From Cyanophora paradoxa CCMP329 (taxonomy: Eukaryota > Plantae > Glaucophyta), in assembly GCA_004431415.1 (NCBI GenBank), contig QPMI01000489.1:55710-119709 (forward strand): a stretch of 64,000 nt of DNA. The letters are read 5' to 3'. The notes beneath the pieces are model-generated. The model was not told where the DNA came from and searched no databases. It worked only from the letters and a program-made list of their open reading frames with translations. Below are positions 56,689 through 64,000 of this stretch, one piece after another (within the stretch, counting starts at the first letter, position 1; each line of letters starts with the position of its first letter). Position numbers and translations under genes: made by a program.

Positions 56689-57318
56689 CTACGCATCTGT
56701 ACACATGGCTGCCTGCAAGTTCGTGGGAAGGGGGTGCGCCTTAGGGAGGGCGGGGAGGGTGTCTGGAATCGGCAGTGCCGGTATCGCCTGCGCCGGGATC
56801 TCATTCAGAACAGCATGGCGTCCATGATGCTCCAAGGCGAGAATGTTGTAGCACTGAGCTGCTTCAATTTCTGTTTTGAAGTAGAACTCTTTCACTTTCT
56901 TCGGGGCCACCTTTATTTTGGCCACCCAGAGGTTATCTCGTTTCCGAAAGTCCACGCCCTTGAACTTTGAGGTGAATTCACGACCAGCTGGAGGGCGCAT
57001 TTTCGCTCGATTCCTGCAATTTTCGGATTTAGTGACGAACTCCAGGTTGCATTTTCGGTTGTCGAGCTTGTTTCTGTTGATGTGGTTGGTTTCTCTACCT
57101 GTAGGCGGCTTGCCCATGATGAAGTGATGAATCAGCACGTTTCGATGTTTTCCTTCTCCGTTCCATTTCATGTATGCCTTTGCGTAGCCCAGGTAGTTGA
57201 CGCTCCAACCATGTTTCGACACTCGCTCGTAGTCCTCGGCATCGATGAGCATGTGCAGGCCCTCGCCATGTTTGCCTGATAATTTCACCTCTATGCAGTT
57301 TCCGGCTGTTCCCTGCAT
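56689..57318 (-). CDS. HNH endonuclease with AP2 DNA-binding domain
   Basis: LIDAEDY..W..GYA..IHHFIM..NHINRNKLDNRKCNL..EN..N; TSKFKGV..WVAKI..FKTEIEAAQCYN..HG..A.LN. Confidence 0.9.
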   Translation of the reverse strand: MQGTAGNCIEVKLSGKHGEGLHMLIDAEDYERVSKHGWSVNYLGYAKAYMKWNGEGKHRNVLIHHFIMGKPPTGRETNHINRNKLDNRKCNLEFVTKSENCRNRAKMRPPAGREFTSKFKGVDFRKRDNLWVAKIKVAPKKVKEFYFKTEIEAAQCYNILALEHHGRHAVLNEIPAQAIPALPIPDTLPALPKAHPLPTNLQAAMCTDA

Positions 57319-57386
57319 CTTTGCTAGAGCTTAGAAAAAAGTCTGCAGACACACTGGCAGTTTTTCTAAATTCAGACATCGAAACC

Positions 57387-57578
57387 ATGGCCTTCGCTGA
57401 CTCCTATCCCAACCACTACACCCTTGGAGCCCTCGCCGCGACCCTCACCTGGCTCCTCGGCGGCACCCCCACGGCCTCGGCCGTCATAGGCGTGGGCTTC
57501 GGCTACGCCGCCAAGACCCTCTACGCCCCCGGCTCCGTCTCGATGGCGACGGCCGGCATGCGCCCCGCGGGGCGCTAA
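57387..57578 (+). CDS. Small hydrophobic viral protein
   Basis: ATG 57387 after TTTTCTAA; two hydrophobic segments. Confidence 0.5.
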   Translation: MAFADSYPNHYTLGALAATLTWLLGGTPTASAVIGVGFGYAAKTLYAPGSVSMATAGMRPAGR

Positions 57579-57696
57579 GTTAACTCTCCCTTTTCAAAGT
57601 TTTCCCAAGTTCATACCCCCCTTTCCCTTTTCCAAGTTGCTCAAGTCCGTCGACGTTCCCTTTTAAATTTTCTTCATTCACGTTACACGTCTGAAC

Positions 57697-58182
57697 ATGC
57701 CGAACGCCGTAGAGAAGCTGTTGTGTACGGTGTTCAAATCGGACTCGCGCTGCAGCAAGATCGGCGAGGCTGCCAAGGGCGGGGGCGGGGCGAAGGTCGA
57801 GGGGCCTAAGCTAAGGGGCGCGGACCCGGCGCCGCCGGCGCTGAAGTCGATTAAGGCTGCGGGCAAGGGCCGCGGCGTCGGGCCCCTGCCCCTCGTGGCG
57901 ATCGCCCCGGGCCAGCGCGAGGCGGCGCACGCGGCGACGGCGGCGCTGGCCTCGCAGCAGCAGAGGGAGGGGGCGCCGCGCCTGAGCGCCGGCATCTGGG
58001 CGCAGCCTGCGCCCGCGCGCGAGTACGGCGTCAGCGCTTACTTCGACGGCGCGAACGAGCTGAGCCGCCAGGAGATCTGGGCCTGGGAGGCGCGGCGCGC
58101 GGTCGACGGGCACCTGCCGCTGCTCGTGGCGCTCGGCGGCTCGCTCCTGATGGTCTGGTACCTGCGCGGCCTGACCCTCTAG
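57697..58182 (+). CDS. Hypothetical viral protein with C-terminal TM helix
   Basis: GC3-rich codons; LPLLVALGGSLLMVWYL. Confidence 0.55.
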   Translation: MPNAVEKLLCTVFKSDSRCSKIGEAAKGGGGAKVEGPKLRGADPAPPALKSIKAAGKGRGVGPLPLVAIAPGQREAAHAATAALASQQQREGAPRLSAGIWAQPAPAREYGVSAYFDGANELSRQEIWAWEARRAVDGHLPLLVALGGSLLMVWYLRGLTL

Positions 58183-58208
58183 TTAGTTTTTCGAAGCGCT
58201 AGCTAAAG

Positions 58209-58598
58209 ATGGGCTGGGTGGACGCCGTGCTCACCAAGGTCTTCGGCCCGAAGAGTGCGCAGCCGCCGCCGAGCTTCAACCTGGCCGCGGCGATCAGCAC
58301 GACGATCGAGCGCAAGAACAACGAGCTCATCCTCAAGAACGACGGCAAGCTTCCTTGGGCCGACGTGGCCGCGGGCGCGCTCGGCAGCACGCTGACGGGA
58401 ATCGATCGGACGGGCGCCGCGGGCGTGAAGGTCGGCCAGGCGGTTGCGGCCGTGCCGGAGCTTGCGATGAAGGGCTGGCACTACGCCAAGATCGCCGCCG
58501 GCGTCGCCGCGGTGCTCCTTGCGATCTGGCTCGCGTGGAAGCTGCGCGGCGCCTACCAGGGCGCGCGGCTGCAGAGCGCGCAGCTCGACTATTTCTAA
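58209..58598 (+). CDS. Hypothetical membrane protein (Gly2, possibly myristoylated)
   Basis: MGWVDAVL.. and IAAGVAAVLLAIWLAW. Confidence 0.6.
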   Translation: MGWVDAVLTKVFGPKSAQPPPSFNLAAAISTTIERKNNELILKNDGKLPWADVAAGALGSTLTGIDRTGAAGVKVGQAVAAVPELAMKGWHYAKIAAGVAAVLLAIWLAWKLRGAYQGARLQSAQLDYF

Positions 58599-58955
58599 GC
58601 TAGGTAAGCGCGACAGCCCGCGGCTTCCGTGTCCTCTGAGGAACAGCGGACCTGAGCGCGTAGCTGAGCGCAGCGTTCATCAGAGCAAGCGCTTCTAGAA
58701 GCAGACGTCGCTTTCCATCAAGACGCGGGATACGGAAGTCATCACAAGCGCAGACGTACAGGCGATAGAGGCCAGTTGCTGCCCACGGACACGGTTCCCG
58801 GGCTGCCGGGCACCACGGCCGGCGAGCTCCTAGTGCGCAACCTGCGCCTGCAGTACGTCTCCCGCCTCCGCCGCTCCAAGGCCAAGAAGGCGCGCCTGGA
58901 CTCGGGCGATAGCAGCTCTAGCTCGTAGGGCTCTGTACTCTTGTATTCAATGCCG

Positions 58956-59240
58956 TTACCAGTTCCTGTTCCTATCCCAGAGCACGACTCGGGTAAAGGG
59001 CACGGTCATAGCGAACATGAACTCGGCAAATTTGGCGAAGTTCATGAGGGTCCCTAGGCGCGGGTCCTCCCAGTAGATAGCTTCGCGCAGGGACTCGTAG
59101 ATGCGCATGAGGGAGCGCTCGTTCTCGGTCGCGAAGGCGTCGGAGGGCTCGTCGGGATCCGGATCCGAGAGCTCCGAGTACTCGTCCGAGCTGCCCGCGC
59201 TCTCGACGCCTGCGGCCGGGTCGGGCGAGGGGTCAGCCAT
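58956..59240 (-). CDS. Small acidic protein resembling small NCLDV hypothetical proteins
   Basis: Acidic N-terminus then LMRIYESLRE..MNFAKFAEFMF; upstream TTTTCTAG. Confidence 0.55.
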   Translation of the reverse strand: MADPSPDPAAGVESAGSSDEYSELSDPDPDEPSDAFATENERSLMRIYESLREAIYWEDPRLGTLMNFAKFAEFMFAMTVPFTRVVLWDRNRNW

Positions 59241-59266
59241 TCTTTGCTGGTAGAAGGGCTAGAAAA

Positions 59267-59608
59267 TCACGGCCGCCGGTACTCCATCGAGTCGCCGCGC
59301 CAGTACTTGTTGCCGGAGGCGAGCAGCTTCATCGGCTCGCCCGTCGAATCGTGCGTCCAGGCCTCGCCCGTCCAGACGGCCGTGCCGCCGTCCTCTAGCT
59401 TGAGGCGGTGGCCCGCCTCGAGCCGATCGCCGTTGAGCATGCGGCCGGCCATGAGCGCCAGGTCCCACTCGGTGAGGCCGCGCTGCTCTTCCGCGGTCAG
59501 GCCGCGCTCGACGCGCTCGGGCTGGCGCGCCTCGCGCTCCATGCGACTGAGGCCCACTAGAAAGAAGATGGGCAGCGCAAAGGCCATGAGATCTAGCAGG
59601 GCCTCCAT
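59267..59608 (-). CDS. Hypothetical viral protein with hydrophobic N-terminus
   Basis: MEALLDLMAFALPIFFLVGL; upstream TTTTCTAA; packed head-to-tail with neighbours. Confidence 0.55.
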   Translation of the reverse strand: MEALLDLMAFALPIFFLVGLSRMEREARQPERVERGLTAEEQRGLTEWDLALMAGRMLNGDRLEAGHRLKLEDGGTAVWTGEAWTHDSTGEPMKLLASGNKYWRGDSMEYRRP

Positions 59609-59618
59609 TGGGCAAGAC

Positions 59619-59908
59619 TTAGAAAAGGTTCCGGGCCAGGCCCGAGAGCTGCGGGCCCAGGCGCCGGGCGGCGTAGTAGAGCGCGGCGGCCGCGGCGGCC
59701 AGGATCAGGAGGCGCGGCGGGCCGCGCGCGGGCTCCTCTGCGGTCAGGTCAACGGCCTCGGGCTCGCGCGCCGGCGTCGCCAGGATCTCGGGCTCGGAGC
59801 TAAGGGACTTGGGCCCGCGGCGGCGGCGCTGCTTCGGTGCAGAGGCGGCTGCAACGGAGAGAAGGTCCTCAGGCTCCTGCTTGATACCTGCGCAATCGGT
59901 GAAGTCCA
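59619..59908 (-). CDS. Small protein with C-terminal hydrophobic segment
   Basis: MDFTDCAGIKQEPE..LLILAAAAAALYYAA. Confidence 0.45.
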
Positions 59909-59980
59909 TGCTTGCTGGGTACCTTGGAAAATTGTGGGAGGCGCCCGGAGGCTGCGAACGAAGGGCAACTTGAAACTTCG

Positions 59981-60433
59981 GCGTCATTTACGTCCGCGTC
60001 ATTTACGTCAGCGTCATTTACGTCACGGAGTTTGCCGGCGACTCGGGACCTGGGCCAGGGCCCGGGGAAAAAAATTCGAGACTTGGAAAAATAGGGTATC
60101 CCTAATACCGCTAGTACCAGTAGCTACTAGTACCGCTAGTACTACGTAGTACTACTTAGTACTACTACTGTACTACTTAGTACTACTACTGTACTACTTA
60201 GTACTACTTGCTCAGTACTACTAGCTACCGGTACTGGTACACCTTTTATAGATTTAAGCATTCATTCAATGTGAATAACGATAATAGTAATAATAATAAC
60301 GATAAATAATAGGGATACCCTATTTTTCCAAGTCTCGAATTTTTTTTCTCGGGCCCTGGCCCAGGTCCCGAGTCGCCGGCAAACTCCGTGACGTAAATGA
60401 CGCTGACGTAAATGACGCGGACGTAAATGACGC
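59981..60433. repeat. 124-bp inverted repeat (59981-60104 / 60310-60433) carrying three GACGTAAATGACGC-type units around an AGTACT/AT-rich spacer
   Basis: Direct comparison; a partial third copy lies at 61212-61282. Confidence 0.9.
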
Positions 60434-60479
60434 GACCCTTCGGTTAATTAATTCAGCAAGCGCTAGCGCTAGCTAGATA

Positions 60480-60887
60480 TCACAGCTCTACCTGGCCCAA
60501 GTTGATGGTATCTAGCAGGGCCTGCTCTTCCAAGTCTGCACCGCCGCCGCCCAGCGCTAGCGCTAGCTCGATACCGCCTCCGGACTTGATCTCCCTTGGC
60601 TCCAGCCACCTGAGGGGCTCAGGCCACCTCCTCCTGGTGAAGCCCGTATCGTTGCTCTTGTCCAGCTTGAGGTAGCGGTAGGGCGCCGGCGCCGGCCAGT
60701 CGGGCCTGTGGCTGCTGGCCTCCTTGGCTATCTCCTTGGGGCTACGCGGACGCAGGTCTGCCTTGGCCTTCGCCCTCTGCAGAGGGCCCAGCGCCTTGAA
60801 CTTCGGTGCCTTCGTCGCCGGCAGGGCCTTCGGCTGGGGCTTCACCGCCTTCGGCTGCTGAGGCCTTAGCTGCTTCGATTTCGGCAT
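60480..60887 (-). CDS. Basic Lys/Pro-rich hypothetical protein
   Basis: ORF overlaps the 3' end of 60742-61125; no family recognised. Confidence 0.4.
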   Translation of the reverse strand: MPKSKQLRPQQPKAVKPQPKALPATKAPKFKALGPLQRAKAKADLRPRSPKEIAKEASSHRPDWPAPAPYRYLKLDKSNDTGFTRRRWPEPLRWLEPREIKSGGGIELALALGGGGADLEEQALLDTINLGQVEL

Positions 60888-61125
60888 ACTTCTTGCTCAT
60901 AAATGAGAAAAGCGCCTCGAAGTCGGCCTTTATCTCCTCCTTGGTCCAGGATGTCACCTGATCCGGGTCACCTGAGAACGGCGCATCGAACGCCACGTGG
61001 AGCGATTTGCAGGCCTGAGCTATCATTGGCTCGGGCCAGGCCAGCTCGATCAGCTGAAGGTAGATGTTCAGGGCCTTGTCGAGCTTGGCGCCCTGAGAGA
61101 CTAGCTGGGAGATAGCGGGCTCCAT
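60742..61125 (-). CDS. Hypothetical viral protein
   Basis: Helical N-terminus; upstream TTTTCTAA motif. Confidence 0.5.
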   Translation of the reverse strand: MEPAISQLVSQGAKLDKALNIYLQLIELAWPEPMIAQACKSLHVAFDAPFSGDPDQVTSWTKEEIKADFEALFSFMSKKYAEIEAAKASAAEGGEAPAEGPAGDEGTEVQGAGPSAEGEGQGRPASA

Positions 61126-61409
61126 GGTACAGCAGAGCTTTAGAAAATGGCGCCAAGTCCAAGTCCTTTTTTTTACGGGCGAGGCCTGGGCCCGGGCCAG
61201 GGCCGAGTCCCAACTCCGTGACGTAAATGACGCTGACGTAAATGACGCGGACGTAAATGACGCCGAATTTTCAAGTTGCCCTCACCTGAACGTCAGCTGA
61301 GCGCTCACCTGACCCTCAGCTGAGCGCTCACCTGAACGGCCTTTATAAGCGCGCGGCACGCGGCGTTCCCTCACACTCTCAATCTCTCTCAACGCAACCA
61401 GCAGGCAAC

Positions 61410-61837
61410 ATGGCCCTTGTCGCCCAGTTCAACGTCGAGGAATACACCGTGCGCGTGATCGGCGAGCCATCGAACGCGAGGTGGAAGTTCTCAAGCACGG
61501 CGTAGTTTACGACTGCAGGGACTGCCCCGGCAAGACCCTCCTCATGAAGCTCGCCGACGATGGCCTCTCCTTCACCCTCATCTCCTGCATCAAGACCCAC
61601 GTTGGGCACACGGCCGGCATCATCACCTTCGCCGCGGGGCGCCTGAATTCCGACACCGTCGTCGTGCCGGAGTGGGCCGCGTTCTGGGCGGCGATCTCGC
61701 CCTCGGGCCGCGCCCTTGCCTACACCTTCTTCGGCAAGCACGACGAGTGCGACATCTGGGTGACGCGCAGGGCGATGGGCTCGATGGTCGTCAAGCGCGA
61801 CCAGCTGCACCAGCAGTGCGATTATCCTTTAGCATAG
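61410..61837 (+). CDS. Hypothetical viral protein (frameshift near 61478)
   Basis: ATG 61410 after a TATA-like TTTATAAG; GC3-rich codons continue in ORF 61481-61837. Confidence 0.5.
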
Positions 61838-62021
61838 ACGATAGGTCGATTACCTTTGATCTCGAGGCCAAGATCCCGCAGCCGTGCTGAAATTGACAGT
61901 GTAGCCCCTCTGAAATTGAACACGTGTTTTCTGGCTTTGTCTGAAGCTCACCTGACGCGGGGCCTTAAGAGGGTGCGCGGGGCCTCGTTTCCTCACACTT
62001 TATCAGCAAGCAAACGAGAGA

Positions 62022-62305
62022 ATGTGCGCCCCAAGTACTTCACCTGCTGCCTCACCTTCGGCATCTTCGAGTACGAGGCCATGGACGAGGATCTCGACGA
62101 GAACGGCGAGATCTGCTTCAACTACTGCAGGCTGCTGCGCAACATCTCGCTGGAGTGCCGCAAGGGCGACTGCTTCCAGCACATCATGCTCAATCCCGCC
62201 AAGAACGAGATCACCCTGTACGCCGTCGCCAGCCCCAGCGCCAGATTTAGACTCTCGAATATTCGCGTAGCCGTGATCGAGGCCCTCCCCTCCCCAGTGA
62301 GCTGA
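62022..62305 (+). CDS. Small Cys-rich hypothetical protein (probable frameshift just after the ATG)
   Basis: KYFTCCLTFGIFEYEAMDEDLDENGEICFNYC; preceded by the same promoter cassette as its neighbours. Confidence 0.45.
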
Positions 62306-62421
62306 ATTGAACACGTGTTTTACCTGAATCACCTGAGCGCTCACCCGAGGTCAGCTGAAGTCAGGCCGGGCGGCCTCAAATATTTTCTAGCGCTAGGCTG
62401 AAGCACACTAAGCTAACCAAC

Positions 62422-63198
62422 ATGGCCACCGTCCGCACGCCACGAGATCGACCCGCCAAGCTCGCCTTCGAATCGACGCCAACGGCCGCATCAAGGCCAA
62501 GTACGACGGCTTGCAGGGCCTCATGATGTACGCGCCGCCCATGGTCACGATCAACCCTGCATCAACACGAGCAAGGCAAGGCGTGGAGCGACGAGAAGAA
62601 GGCCTTCGTCATGGAAGAAAACGGCGGATTCTACACGCTGGACCTCACCGATCTCAGCGCCGTCGACGGCCAGACGAACCCGGCCGCGGACGAATTCCTC
62701 AAGCTGCTGGAGGCCCTGGACGCGAAATTCTGCGAGTTCGTGCAGCAGAACCAGGCCAAGCTCAAGGTCTCGCCCGGGCGCGCCCTCTCCAAGGACCAGA
62801 TCTCGGTGCTGCAGACGCCCAGCGTGCGCATCAAGGTCGACAAGGAGTCGGGCCAGGCCTTCTACAAGTACCTCAACATGCGCATCCGCACGCAGACGAT
62901 GGCCGGCAAGCGCAAGACCGTGCCCGTCGTCGACATGTCCAACTACCTCATCACCGAGCGCGCCACCATCGGCACCGGCGACCTGGTGGCGGCCCTCGTT
63001 AAAATCGACACCGCCTACGCCATCCCCGAGGGCAAGTTCGGCCTCAAGTGGTCCTTCCTCGCCGTGCAGCAGTGCAAGGTCGGCGCCTTTCGCTTCGCCG
63101 GCCGCACGCCCGAGCTGGCCTTCAAGCCCTACGACAACGAGGCCGATTTCGAGCCCTACCTAAACCCCGAGTCTATGTATGCAGCCCCCATGCAGTAG
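62422..63198 (+). CDS. Putative OB-fold ssDNA-binding protein (T7 gp2.5-like / NCLDV type); 5' part frameshifted
   Basis: FYTLDL..FLKLLEALDAKF..YLNMRI..GDLVAALVKI..GKFGLKWSFLAVQ, with an acidic/aromatic tail. Confidence 0.65.
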
Positions 63199-63252
63199 CT
63201 TAGCCGAATAAATTGTAATTTCTCTGGTGCAATTGATTACAAGCGTTTACAA

Positions 63253-63999
63253 TCAGAGGCCGTTGAACTTGCCGCCCACCGCCCTGGGCTCCGCCGCCGT
63301 CGAGGCCGCCGCCTCCGTCACCTCCTTCATCATCTCCGGGTTCGCGTTGGCCGCGTGCACCGCCAGCACCGTCTGCACCAGGGCCATCCCCAGGCGCGCC
63401 TCGGGCCCCAGGGTCACGTAGCGCGAGTACTTAATCACCAGCTCCTCTAAGATCGGCTGCACCTGGTCCATGGAAGAGAGCGTCGCCTGCCCGAGCCCGT
63501 CTAACTTCAGGCCGATCGGATCGTACGCTTTGTTAAGGTGCTCCAGCGAGTGCATGCCCGCGATCAGAAAGAGGCGCGCCGCCTCCAGCGAACCCCGCGT
63601 GCTCAGCTCGCGCTGAATTTCCTCGTACTCTTCCTTCAGCTCGTCCAGCGGCGTGGCGAGGCTCAGCTTCTTCGTGGACGTCAGCTCGCCCCCGAACGAG
63701 CGCCTGTACTGCGCGATCTGCCGCAGAACCTGCTTCTTCTCGTCCACGTCCACCTGCGCCTCGTCGCGCGGCCTCTCCTGCAGGTCGATCCCCAGCGCCT
63801 TTTTCACGCTCTGCTCCTTCTTCTTCGTCATTTCGATGTGCTCCTGCACGCTGAAGCTCGCGCCCTTGCTCGGCGCCGTCGGCGGCACCGTGGGCCCGTC
63901 GCCCGGTAGCGACGTCTTGTCGGCCTTCGGCGCCTTCTCGCCCTTTTCCTTGCCTTCCTTCGCGGGGCGGCCCTTCTTCCGAGGCTGCGGGATCCCCAC
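63253..63999 (-). CDS. DUF5767-like Nucleocytoviricota protein (5' end probably outside the window)
   Basis: LDELKEEYE..LEHLNKAYDPIGLKLDG..ILEELVIKY..LGPEARL..VHAAN matches the family pattern as I recall it. Confidence 0.7.
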   Translation of the reverse strand: MGIPQPRKKGRPAKEGKEKGEKAPKADKTSLPGDGPTVPPTAPSKGASFSVQEHIEMTKKKEQSVKKALGIDLQERPRDEAQVDVDEKKQVLRQIAQYRRSFGGELTSTKKLSLATPLDELKEEYEEIQRELSTRGSLEAARLFLIAGMHSLEHLNKAYDPIGLKLDGLGQATLSSMDQVQPILEELVIKYSRYVTLGPEARLGMALVQTVLAVHAANANPEMMKEVTEAAASTAAEPRAVGGKFNGL

Positions 64000-64000
64000 C

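Larger units (their letters stand above)
18700..64000. mobile_element. Outer endogenous dsDNA virus region, Nucleocytoviricota-like; left boundary approximate, continues beyond the window
   Basis: Switch from intron-rich host genes to densely packed intronless ORFs: YqaJ nuclease, UL9-like helicase, SSB-like, DUF5767-like, HNH-AP2 and small TM proteins, with shared upstream motifs. Confidence 0.7.

Noticed and set aside
31460-62610. Programmed ribosomal frameshifting in MCP-A (~31465), penton 2 (~45783), fibres (~49795, ~51537), SSB and small ORFs
   Set aside because: Where I could reconstruct the break, it is a single missing base in a homopolymer run, the typical long-read error. There is no consistent slippery heptamer plus structure. 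Short-read polishing is needed.

Overview
Eukaryotic (protist-like, GC-rich, very intron-dense) genomic DNA in two zones. About 1-18.5 kb is host sequence: a many-intron oligopeptidase B gene apparently fused to a SAM-dependent O-methyltransferase, an intron-containing secreted protein-glutamine glutaminase of bacterial type, small MITEs and low-complexity DNA. About 18.7-64 kb is intronless endogenous viral DNA with a nested structure. The outer element resembles a small Nucleocytoviricota-like virus (YqaJ nuclease, UL9-like SF2 helicase, OB-fold SSB-like, DUF5767-like, HNH-AP2 and small membrane proteins). Its helicase gene is split into three stop-free pieces by two independent integrase-encoding Polinton-like/virophage-like viruses. 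Element A (23194-34734; 5-bp TSD CCATT; ~405-bp TIRs) encodes integrase, a PolB-SF1 helicase fusion, penton, MCP and ATPase. Element B (35834-53719; 6-bp TSD ACCAGC; ~1.46-kb TIRs ending in 71-nt hairpins) encodes integrase, a truncated ATPase, an endonuclease, MCP, two pentons and fibres, but no recognisable replicase. Removing both inserts restores a 1032-aa ORF. Just upstream of it lies a helically phased TGTTACAC array that looks like a replication origin. Family assignments rest on motif recognition by eye, not database searches.
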